NCBI GenBank assembly: GCA_963676875.1
Contig: OY781436.1
Span: 2,803,281 to 2,867,280 of the forward strand
Direction: 5' to 3'
Origin: Bacteroidales bacterium
GTDB taxonomy: Bacteria > Bacteroidota > Bacteroidia > Bacteroidales > F082
Length of the DNA stretch: 64,000 nt
Shown: positions 40,664-50,010 of the stretch, one piece after another
Position numbering within the stretch: the stretch's first letter is position 1
Layout: each line of letters begins with the position of its first letter
The notes under the pieces: generated by a model
The model's input: only the letters and a program-made list of their open reading frames with translations
Told to the model about the DNA's origin: nothing
The model's database searches: none
Program-made: the position numbers and the translations under genes

Positions 40664-40755
40664 TCGATTAAACTGCTGTTGGTTTTACTTTTTATAATGT
40701 TTACAAAAATAGCTTTAAAAATAACACGCAGTTGACTTGCTAATCGCCATGGCAA

Positions 40756-41964
40756 TTATTGCAAGACAACTCGTTGACTTTCAACAATAACACCCTTTGA
40801 TTGAAAAACAAAAAAATAGACTCCGGGGATGTAATCTGTAATATCCAATGGGGTTTCCAAGTCGACAATTTCAAAATTCTCAACTAAGACACCACTTGAA
40901 TTTATAATCTTGACCGAAAGATTACTCAACAAATCCGGAACCACTGCTTTTAAATTTACTTGGCCTGAAGCCGGGTTGGGATAGATAGCAAATTTATTAT
41001 CAGGCACATAGTCCTTTTGAACTCCCACTGTTCCAGTGCTGTCATAATGTAAAATAGCCACCCCTGTTACCAGTTCCGACAGAAGGATTAAGCTATCCTG
41101 CAGGCATACACTAAAAGTTTGACCACCTTGCCCCTGAAAATGAGCCATTTCTATTGCCACATTATTCTCCATTTTGTAAATACTCATTCCTTCGTAATCG
41201 GATGCCAGATAAATGAGGTTGTCACTGCTTCTGATATCCCAGCACATTCCTCCGCCCATCGGTATAGAGAATGCAGGAATAGGATTTAACGGATCTGAAA
41301 TATCAAATACATCAGCTCCACCTGCCCGCTTACCCAGGAAAATATAATTTTGGTTGACATCGATTGCATTATATCCTGAACCAACGCTTCCAACGATCTG
41401 TAAGTTCTCGGGGTCAGAAAAATCAATAATTTTCAACCCTTGTACGTGCGCCACATAGGCATAATGGTCGGTAACAAACACGTCTCTGGAATCCCCATCC
41501 GGAATAAAAAGCGTGTCGAGCATGATAGGATTTGTCTTATCCGTAATATCAATACTGCAAACAGAAGAACCAAGAGCCACAAATAAAAGAGAATCATTTT
41601 TCCCCATCCCAAAAACACCACCTCCAATATCTGATCCAAAATCAATAAAGCCCTTTTGTATGGGGAAATTGATGTTCGAGATATCACCTATGGACAAATC
41701 ACACGACATCTCTGTACCAAAGTAAACGTAATCTTCTTCCATAATAATGGAAAAAGCATAGCCCGCACTGTAGTTGCTATGTAAGACGGGTTGCGATGGA
41801 TTAGAAATATCAATGATGGAGCCATTGCTAATCATCATATATCCAGGAATAGATCCTATTGCCACTGTCCCATTTACATTATAATACCCAATTTGGTCGA
41901 TACACTGACTGAATAACAGTGTATTGGCAACAAATAAAATCAATAAAAGAGTTATTTTTTTCAT
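40756..41964 (-). CDS. Beta-propeller (LVIVD-repeat-like) protein with T9SS C-terminal sorting domain
   Basis: 402 aa with a signal peptide. Repeats resemble AYVAHVQGLKIIDFSDPENLQIVG. The CTD is FAIYPNPASGQVNL...GVYFFVFQ...QRVVLQ. Confidence 0.7.
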   Translation of the reverse strand: MKKITLLLILFVANTLLFSQCIDQIGYYNVNGTVAIGSIPGYMMISNGSIIDISNPSQPVLHSNYSAGYAFSIIMEEDYVYFGTEMSCDLSIGDISNINFPIQKGFIDFGSDIGGGVFGMGKNDSLLFVALGSSVCSIDITDKTNPIMLDTLFIPDGDSRDVFVTDHYAYVAHVQGLKIIDFSDPENLQIVGSVGSGYNAIDVNQNYIFLGKRAGGADVFDISDPLNPIPAFSIPMGGGMCWDIRSSDNLIYLASDYEGMSIYKMENNVAIEMAHFQGQGGQTFSVCLQDSLILLSELVTGVAILHYDSTGTVGVQKDYVPDNKFAIYPNPASGQVNLKAVVPDLLSNLSVKIINSSGVLVENFEIVDLETPLDITDYIPGVYFFVFQSKGVIVESQRVVLQ

Positions 41965-41980
41965 ATCTATAATTTAGGTT

Positions 41981-44125
41981 TTATTGCACAATGAATCTCT
42001 TCGACTCAATTATCTTCCCTTTTTGCTGAAATACCAACAAATAAATACCGGAAGGGTATTTCTTGATATCTCTTTGCAAAGTGGCTCCGGAAAATGTAAA
42101 TTCGCCAACAACAATGCCCTGACTATTGACCATTGACACTAAATAATCTTCATTTAATGCCTCATTAGCACGCTTTTGTATCTGAAGAAATTCGGAGGTC
42201 GGATTTGGAAATATTTCAAATTGGTTTTCAGTTGAATTCGTGTCAACTGCACTATTTATATCTTGAAATCCATATTCGATAAAATATCCATTTTGCATCT
42301 TCAGCCAGGCGTATTGAGGCACATCGTTATCCATCAAAACAAAACCAAGATACTTATTGTACGGAAATTGGCCATGCCCGTAATAATAGAAGACATTAGG
42401 TATTGGAGACCATCCATAATCCTCTAGCAAAGATTCGGAGTTACTTCGATTGTAGCCTTCACCAATAAGTTCATATTTGTTTAATACATCTACCCAATTG
42501 TCATGTTCCGGGTGATCACAAACCAAAATGGCATTACTCCTGTATGGCATGATATAGGCCTCATAATATGTGCCCCCCGTGCTTTCGCAACCTTTTGAGA
42601 TGAGCTTGAAGTCGTTAAGTCCATCCCGATTTAAATCAACATCAACAGTATCATTGCCAATATAATATAACCAATTATCACTTGAACAGAATAAACTATC
42701 ACAAACAAAATGCCTCACTTTATCTCCTTCTTCTTGTCCTGCATAAAGCAAATCAGGTTCTGTTAAAATAAACTTTCTGGAAGATTCAGAAATGGCACTA
42801 ATTATGGAATAAATGCTGTCTGCAACTGACAATATGTATATTTTGTAAAAAATATCATCGTGAATAAAATTCCCGTCAACATCCATTTGGTTTGGATTTA
42901 GCTTCAAATTAATGTTGGAATTAGAAGACAATACCGTTGTATAGTGATTATTGGAAAGAGAAAGAGCTGTATCAACTAGCAGCGAGCTGGTGTTTGATGC
43001 CGGACTAACATAAATCCTGTATTCCTTGATAAATTGACTTTCGTCGGCTTTTGTGAAATAGACTTCAATATCCCCGGCATCATGGTTATCGCCGCTATCG
43101 AATGCTGCTAGAGTTTTTATCTCATTACAAAATGCTTGCAGAAAAAACTCCGGTGATGGTGTTGATAATTTATTATCAGATGGATTTCCTGAAGCCGCCA
43201 CATTTAATAAATGAATCCGGTATTTAGTAAGCGGAAACAGAGAATCTCCATCCTTGTCCAAAGTAGTTTCTGAAAATGTTAATTCAAGAAAAGGCTCATG
43301 GTCAGTTGTATCGACTTCGATTGCCGTGTATTGTCCTACTTGTAATTGATTCATAACTTCAAGATCATTAACGGTGCTATCAGAAGCTTTCGCAAGTACG
43401 ATTCGATATTCGCTATAATCAAGCTCATCCCTGGCTTTGGTAAATGAGTACTGAATATCACGACCATCAAAATAATTGCTAATATCCTGTCCAAAAACAG
43501 ATGTAGCTTCCGCAGGCATACCCTGACCTGCTTCGATTGCCAAACCGGAAGATGACTTATAAGCATAGTCGACAACCATCTCCGACCTAAAATATGCTTC
43601 TAGATCATAAAAATAATATGCATTAAAAATTCTAATCCACGAATAATAAAAGACCTGATCAATTTTAATTCTAACACCTAAATAACCCTTTTCAACACCA
43701 ATCCAATTACCTATTTTTTCAAATGGATTTTCACTAAACATGAGCACCTCGTCTTCACTGCTCCAATTCAAATTTTCATCAATCAGTTCATCATCACTGA
43801 AAACAGAGGCGCTCTCATTTGAAACGGCAACCTGATTCAATCCTTTGGCAATAATCTTAATGATATGATTTTTTCTTTCCCATTGATAAATATATTCGTA
43901 ATCAATCTCAAAATCAATTATTCCATCATTGTTGATATCAATATCGTAATTGGAGTTTTCGGGAATTTCATAATCAGGAACCACATCAGTATAAACCACT
44001 TGTGCTGTTAAAGGGATAAAAACGGAAAGAAAAACGGCGGTAGTAAAAAGCCGGATTAAATGAGTAGGGCGCTTGATAGTAACATCATTAAAAAACCTGC
44101 TGATTGATTGGGAGACATTTTTCAT
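41981..44125 (-). CDS. Large secreted protein with T9SS C-terminal sorting domain
   Basis: ORF 41981..44176, probably starting at the internal Met (MKNVSQ...). Ca-binding-like DINNDGIIDFE and DLNRDGLNDF motifs. The CTD is FEIFPNPTSEFLQI...GIYLLVFQ...KRFIVQ. Confidence 0.75.
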   Translation of the reverse strand: MKNVSQSISRFFNDVTIKRPTHLIRLFTTAVFLSVFIPLTAQVVYTDVVPDYEIPENSNYDIDINNDGIIDFEIDYEYIYQWERKNHIIKIIAKGLNQVAVSNESASVFSDDELIDENLNWSSEDEVLMFSENPFEKIGNWIGVEKGYLGVRIKIDQVFYYSWIRIFNAYYFYDLEAYFRSEMVVDYAYKSSSGLAIEAGQGMPAEATSVFGQDISNYFDGRDIQYSFTKARDELDYSEYRIVLAKASDSTVNDLEVMNQLQVGQYTAIEVDTTDHEPFLELTFSETTLDKDGDSLFPLTKYRIHLLNVAASGNPSDNKLSTPSPEFFLQAFCNEIKTLAAFDSGDNHDAGDIEVYFTKADESQFIKEYRIYVSPASNTSSLLVDTALSLSNNHYTTVLSSNSNINLKLNPNQMDVDGNFIHDDIFYKIYILSVADSIYSIISAISESSRKFILTEPDLLYAGQEEGDKVRHFVCDSLFCSSDNWLYYIGNDTVDVDLNRDGLNDFKLISKGCESTGGTYYEAYIMPYRSNAILVCDHPEHDNWVDVLNKYELIGEGYNRSNSESLLEDYGWSPIPNVFYYYGHGQFPYNKYLGFVLMDNDVPQYAWLKMQNGYFIEYGFQDINSAVDTNSTENQFEIFPNPTSEFLQIQKRANEALNEDYLVSMVNSQGIVVGEFTFSGATLQRDIKKYPSGIYLLVFQQKGKIIESKRFIVQ

Positions 44126-44835
44126 GATAATTATTATAATAAAATATCGGCTATTTTTAAACATAAATAAGGACATTGATGCATATGGTGCAGTAAATGG
44201 AAAATGAATCTATTTATACAGAACAAGAAGAACAAAGAAAAACTTACGGTTTAATAGTTGAAACCTACAACGTAAAAATTACAACAAAGTTAATTCAAAA
44301 TCTTAAACGATCGGAAATGTGCACTGGACAAGATAAAGAGTAGAACTGGCTTCGGTTGGGTCATTTCTAAGAGCTTAATGAACAAAAAACAGGTAAGTAT
44401 TGTTAGATTCTCCATGATTGTGCCATTTATCGATTGAGGTTAGCACTACGCTTAGTTATCACAATGCAAATATAACTGAAATTGTTTTCCGGAACAAAGT
44501 GAATTTAAAGATCCATTCATAATCGCTACAGCATACCCGCTGAAGACTTTATTCTTCAGTTATGAGTCATGCCATCCAACTTTTTCTAAGTTTTAATCAA
44601 ATTCCAAAGGATAAACGGAAAAAGGATTTGTATGGCTCGGTATTTCTGTGTGGATGTAACCTGAGCGTCTAAATAAAATGTTGTGAACCTTTATACAACT
44701 ATGTATATTTGCCGTCAAATTTCTGTTTCTATACTTAACTTACACTTTTTGGTTATTGAATGTTGTAACCCTTAGCATCCGCCAATCAAAATTTAAACAG
44801 ATGGTTCAGGAAATTGTTTGTAACAAGATAATGTG

Positions 44836-45945
44836 ATGAAGAATAATTATATTATACAATTAGACGGACTAAGGTTTTTTGCTGTATTGATGGTAATGAT
44901 TGCACACTGGTTACAATGGCAGTGGACTAACCCAATCTTGACCAAAATTCCATTTGTTCATGGCGTAACTTTATTTTTTGTGCTAAGTGGATTTTTAATA
45001 ACCAGAATATTATTAACAAACAGGGACAAGTATAACAAAGAGAAGCTGAACAAGCTATTTCTATTTAGAAATTTTTATATCAGAAGATTTTTTCGGATAT
45101 TTCCAATATATTATCTTCTTATTGCATTTTTATTTGTTATCAACTATCAGAATACCAGAGAATTACTACCATGGCTGGTTACCTACACCTCAAATATTTA
45201 CCAATCGATTAACAACATTTATATTGGCGACTTCAATCATTTTTGGTCTTTGGCTGTTGAAGAGCAGTTTTATCTTTTTTGGCCTTTCGTAATTCTATTT
45301 ATTAAGCCTAAAAACACGCTTTCTGCGATAATTATTACCATTGTTTTAGCAATGGGTGTCCGCACCTACCTTTTTTTCTACATAGGTAATTGGATGGCCA
45401 CATCCTATTTTACACTGAGTTGCATGCACGCTTTGGGTCTCGGAGCACTTTTAGCATATATTAAAACTTACAAGCCTAAAACAGGAAATCAGTTATCGAA
45501 TCCCATATGGCTTTATTCAGTACTTGTATTATATATTGTTTCACTAGTAATCCAAAACAAACTAAATCAAGGCTGGTACAAAGAAATATTAGACGATTTT
45601 TTCTTTGCCATTTTAGCTTTGTTTATCATCTTGAGAGCGTCGAACAACGGTTTTAAAGGTGTCGCTAAATTTATTTTAGAAAACAAATTTGTTACCTATT
45701 CGGGAAAAATTTCATATGGATTGTATGTGTATCATTTATTTATGCCTGCCTTGTTCTATTTTATAGCGCCAAAAATAGGGCTGTCGATAAGCAATAAGTA
45801 CACTTTTTTTGTGGCACTCTATTTTTTAACTTTTGTTTTATCACATTTTTCGTGGATTTTAATAGAATCTCCTATAAACGGCTTAAAGAACAAGGTTCCT
45901 TATATAAAATCCATATCCACAGAAAAAGCAGAAAAAAAACAATAA
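44836..45945 (+). CDS. Acyltransferase family 3 (OafA/YrhL-like) membrane O-acyltransferase
   Basis: ATG at 44836. LDGLRFFAVLMVMIAHW and FWSLAVEEQFYLFWP are AT3 signatures. Polytopic membrane protein. Confidence 0.85.
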   Translation: MKNNYIIQLDGLRFFAVLMVMIAHWLQWQWTNPILTKIPFVHGVTLFFVLSGFLITRILLTNRDKYNKEKLNKLFLFRNFYIRRFFRIFPIYYLLIAFLFVINYQNTRELLPWLVTYTSNIYQSINNIYIGDFNHFWSLAVEEQFYLFWPFVILFIKPKNTLSAIIITIVLAMGVRTYLFFYIGNWMATSYFTLSCMHALGLGALLAYIKTYKPKTGNQLSNPIWLYSVLVLYIVSLVIQNKLNQGWYKEILDDFFFAILALFIILRASNNGFKGVAKFILENKFVTYSGKISYGLYVYHLFMPALFYFIAPKIGLSISNKYTFFVALYFLTFVLSHFSWILIESPINGLKNKVPYIKSISTEKAEKKQ

Positions 45946-46232
45946 CGGTAAAACGAAGAAAAAGTACCTTTCTTTGTTTATTGAACTAGATGCTTGTAAT
46001 TTACAGGTATAGCATACTCTATAAAACTCTTTGGGTATTGTTGCTACTTTTTGTTAAGATAAAGTGCGGAGCAAATCGAAAATAAAGATATCCTAATAAT
46101 TCGGAATATATGGTTGACCGTTTCAGAAGACCTGGGTAAAAAATTTATTTAACCCGAGCCTTGCTATTTTGGTATTATTATCAACGGTTTTCAAAAAATA
46201 CCCTAAATTCGCCCCCTCAAAATAAAAACAGC

Positions 46233-47675
46233 ATGGTATTCAGTTCCGCATTTTTTATGTTTGTGTTTCTGCCGATCGTACTTTTATTGATCGGCATCAC
46301 CAAGCAAAAATTGCACAACACCATTCTACTGATTGCCAGTATCTTTTTCTATAGCTGGGGAAGCGCCTCCCACACCCTTATCCTCCTGGCATCCATAGTC
46401 ATCAACTATGTTGCCGGAATTCTGCTGAATAAGGCTGAAGCAGGTAAGGCTAAACTGATTGTGGGAATAGCCATTGCCATCAACCTGGGGTTATTGGGTT
46501 ATCTGAAATATTACAATTTTTTGCTTGACAACATCAACTCTGGCCTGGAGCTTTTTGGGAAAGATTTAATTGTATATCAACATGTTGTCCTTCCCATTGG
46601 CATTTCATTTTTTACTTTTCAAGCCATGTCGTATGTTATCGATGTGTACCGCAAAACAACACCCGTACAGCGGAATATTTTCGATTTGGCCCTCTACATA
46701 TCGCTGTTCCCACAACTGATTGCAGGCCCCATTGTCAGGTATTTTGACATTGCCGATCAGCTAAAAAACAGAACTTTAAGTGTAGGAAAGGCTGCCTCGG
46801 GCATTCAACGTTTTATTTTTGGGTTGGCCAAAAAAATTATTGTTGCCAACTCCATGGCAGTTATTGCTGATGAAATATTTGCCATGCCTGTTGGAGAAAT
46901 TACCCCGGGAGTAGCCTGGCTTGGACTGGTAGCCTATACCTTACAAATTTATTTTGATTTTTCGGGCTATTCCGACATGGCCATTGGCCTGGGGAAAATC
47001 TTTGGATTCAACTTCCCCGAAAACTTCAACTACCCGTATATTGCTAAATCCATTAAGGAATTCTGGCGTAGGTGGCATATTTCGCTTTCATCATGGTTTC
47101 GTGATTATTTATACATCCCTTTGGGGGGAAGCCGTAAAGGCGAACTACGCACCTACGTTAATTTAACCATTGTATTTTTTGCCACCGGTATTTGGCACGG
47201 AGCCAGCTGGAATTTCGTTATCTGGGGCATGTTTCATGGGATATTTTTGGTCATAGAACGGGTCGGCCTCGACAAAAAACTGGCCAAGCTTTGGAGCCCG
47301 TTACAAATTGGCTATACGCTGCTGATCGTCATGGTGGGCTGGGTGTTTTTCAAAATCGAAACCTTCCATCATGCCATCTTGTTTTTAGAGAAAATGAGTT
47401 TTATATCCGATGGCGATTCGCCCAAAATGTTCCTGGTTGAATACATGAATTATAAAACTATATTCTTACTTGTATTGGGCATTCTCTATTCGTTCAGGGT
47501 ATTTCGATGGATGATGGAATCCTTTCAACGATATTTTGAAAAGAGAAATTTGCAAAAGACCTACGAGCTGATTTTTCATTCAAGTAAATTCGTCATCAGT
47601 CTGTTTTTATTTGTTATTACGATGCTCTATCTATCAGCAAGTACGTACAATCCTTTTATATATTTTCGGTTTTAA
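46233..47675 (+). CDS. MBOAT-family O-acyltransferase (AlgI/DltB-like)
   Basis: Trimmed to the ATG at 46233. FWRRWHISLSSWFRDYLYIPLGGSR carries the conserved MBOAT His. Confidence 0.9.
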   Translation: MVFSSAFFMFVFLPIVLLLIGITKQKLHNTILLIASIFFYSWGSASHTLILLASIVINYVAGILLNKAEAGKAKLIVGIAIAINLGLLGYLKYYNFLLDNINSGLELFGKDLIVYQHVVLPIGISFFTFQAMSYVIDVYRKTTPVQRNIFDLALYISLFPQLIAGPIVRYFDIADQLKNRTLSVGKAASGIQRFIFGLAKKIIVANSMAVIADEIFAMPVGEITPGVAWLGLVAYTLQIYFDFSGYSDMAIGLGKIFGFNFPENFNYPYIAKSIKEFWRRWHISLSSWFRDYLYIPLGGSRKGELRTYVNLTIVFFATGIWHGASWNFVIWGMFHGIFLVIERVGLDKKLAKLWSPLQIGYTLLIVMVGWVFFKIETFHHAILFLEKMSFISDGDSPKMFLVEYMNYKTIFLLVLGILYSFRVFRWMMESFQRYFEKRNLQKTYELIFHSSKFVISLFLFVITMLYLSASTYNPFIYFRF

Positions 47676-49126
47676 TGAAACGGTATATTCACATATTGCA
47701 GGTATTGACCATCGTTCTCTTTATGGGGGTAATGCTCACTCCGATGTTGAATAGCCAATTGGGGTTGATAAATGAAATTTCAGGAAATGAGAATAGGGCT
47801 AAAGCTACCAAACCCATATTCGACCTCAATAATCTTGATGATTTTACCAAAGACTACGACACCTACTACACTGACAACTTTAATTTACGTCAGAATTTCA
47901 TATCACTTATCAATCGATTTGATTACACGTTTTTTAAAATCTCTCCCGTTCCTCATCGTGTAACGGTGGGTAAAGATGGTTGGTTTTATGCCACCAAATC
48001 AGCAAAAAATTATAAAGGGGACAATTTGTTCAGTCGGGCGCAAATGTCCAAATTAAAAGAGGAACTGGAGAACAGAACCAAATGGGCAAAAGCCAATGGA
48101 GCAGACTATTATCTGGTGATAGTTCCCAACAAAATGAACATGTATCCCGAGCATTTGCCCGGCCATATCATTCGCATTTCCGACTCCACCAGATATGATC
48201 AGGTTGTCAATCTGGATCACGATTCCGCCATCAACGTAATCGATCTGAGACAGAACCTCCTTTTACACAAAAATGATGGGTACGACATATACCAGCATAC
48301 AGACGATCACTGGAATGACCTAGGTGCCTATTATGGTTATCAGGCTATTATGAACCGGTTGTCGCAGAAATATCCCCAACTCCGGCCACAACCGCTAAGC
48401 AATTTTGAAATAGGGATAAGAAAGAAATCGGGAAATATGGCGCAAATAATTAATGCGGACCTCGAAAATCCTGAATATTTTGTTGAACTTAAAAGACATA
48501 CACCAAAATTTGCCATCGATGGTGAAAAACATGGTTATGGCAAAAATATCGATGCCGAAATACAAGACGAAAAAGAAATTGTCAAGGTCAACGACCATGG
48601 AGGAGCGCTTAAGTGTTTGATAATAAGGGATTCTTTTACAAAATATTTAATAGATTTTATTCCGGAGCATTTTAAAGAAACTGTTTTCATTCATGATGGA
48701 TGGACTTATCAAATGCATGAAGATATTATTAAAACAATGAAACCCAATGTCGTGTTAAATATCGTGCTTGAAACGGAGGTCTATAAACTTTTGGAACATC
48801 CTTTCCTGAAAACAGTTGACATGTACTATTATGATTTAAAAAGCAATCCTTCAAGTATAGAACGCATGACCCGTTTGGCCAACGAACGTCATTATTCAGT
48901 TGAAGATATGACCAAACTTACTGCATTGTGGCTTTTCAACGACCAAAAATCGAAAGGTGAAAAAGTGGTGGTTACACCTATGTATTTTGAGTTTCTATAC
49001 CAGGTTGATGACAAATACACGAAGCTTTCACAAAAGTACGCCAACGAAAAAAAGTTGACGTTTGAAGAAGCGGCTTCTGTTTTGGCGAAAAAAGCCTATG
49101 AAGAAAACCGGAATGATAAAGAATAG
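47675..49126 (+). CDS. AlgX/AlgJ-like SGNH-fold O-acetyltransferase partner protein
   Basis: Start overlaps the MBOAT stop (TAATG). N-terminal TM anchor. QHTDDHWNDLGAYYGY matches the AlgJ/AlgX D-x-H-W region, recognised from memory. Confidence 0.6.
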   Translation: MKRYIHILQVLTIVLFMGVMLTPMLNSQLGLINEISGNENRAKATKPIFDLNNLDDFTKDYDTYYTDNFNLRQNFISLINRFDYTFFKISPVPHRVTVGKDGWFYATKSAKNYKGDNLFSRAQMSKLKEELENRTKWAKANGADYYLVIVPNKMNMYPEHLPGHIIRISDSTRYDQVVNLDHDSAINVIDLRQNLLLHKNDGYDIYQHTDDHWNDLGAYYGYQAIMNRLSQKYPQLRPQPLSNFEIGIRKKSGNMAQIINADLENPEYFVELKRHTPKFAIDGEKHGYGKNIDAEIQDEKEIVKVNDHGGALKCLIIRDSFTKYLIDFIPEHFKETVFIHDGWTYQMHEDIIKTMKPNVVLNIVLETEVYKLLEHPFLKTVDMYYYDLKSNPSSIERMTRLANERHYSVEDMTKLTALWLFNDQKSKGEKVVVTPMYFEFLYQVDDKYTKLSQKYANEKKLTFEEAASVLAKKAYEENRNDKE

Positions 49127-49266
49127 AAATTTTGTAGTGTGCTGATGTACAGCACAACAACAACTCAAGTAAAACAACCCTCTTCGAAATAACAAGGAGG
49201 TTTTTATTACGTTGATTAGCGATTAAAAAATTATTCTTACTACATTCGCACCCTAAAATAAAATTC

Positions 49267-49986
49267 ATGTCACAGAAACTTTCTATCCTGATTCCGGCAT
49301 ATAACGAAGCCAAAACCATCCACAAGATTCTCGACAAGGTACGGGTGGTTTCGTTGATAGCAGGCATGGACAAAGAATTGGTGATAGTGAACGATTGTTC
49401 CTCCGATAACACCGTTGAGGTGGTAAAAAATTATATTCAAGCACATCAGGAAACAGACATTCGCTTGTTCGAGCAACCCGTCAACATGGGAAAAGGTGCC
49501 GCCATTCATCGCGGGATAAAAGAAGCAACCGGCGATTTTATCGTTATTCAGGATGCCGATTTGGAATACGACCCCAACGAGTACAACCTGTTGCTAAAAC
49601 CCATTGTTGATGGATTTGCTGATGTGGTATATGGTTCACGGTTTATGGGAGGTAATCCCCACCGGATATTGTTTTTCTGGCATTCCATTGGCAATAAGTT
49701 TCTGACTACCCTGTCCAATATTTTCACCAACCTGAACCTTACGGACATGGAAACCTGTTACAAACTTTTTCGTGCCGACATCATCAAGTCGTTGGATTTA
49801 AAAGAGCCCCGATTTGGCTTCGAACCGGAAGTAACTGCCAAAATAGCACGTATCCCAAGAATACGCATATACGAAGTGGGCATTTCCTACTACGGACGCA
49901 CCTATCAGGATGGAAAAAAAATTGGTTGGCAAGATGGAGTTAGGGCCATTTATAGCATATTGAAATACAATTTGTTTGTGCGTTAA
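49267..49986 (+). CDS. Family 2 glycosyltransferase (polyprenol-phosphate glycosyltransferase-like)
   Basis: 239 aa with [21 protein letters not shown] and [10 protein letters not shown]. Confidence 0.85.
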   Translation: MSQKLSILIPAYNEAKTIHKILDKVRVVSLIAGMDKELVIVNDCSSDNTVEVVKNYIQAHQETDIRLFEQPVNMGKGAAIHRGIKEATGDFIVIQDADLEYDPNEYNLLLKPIVDGFADVVYGSRFMGGNPHRILFFWHSIGNKFLTTLSNIFTNLNLTDMETCYKLFRADIIKSLDLKEPRFGFEPEVTAKIARIPRIRIYEVGISYYGRTYQDGKKIGWQDGVRAIYSILKYNLFVR

Positions 49987-50010
49987 TCATTGCACCGTTT
50001 AATTTATTTT

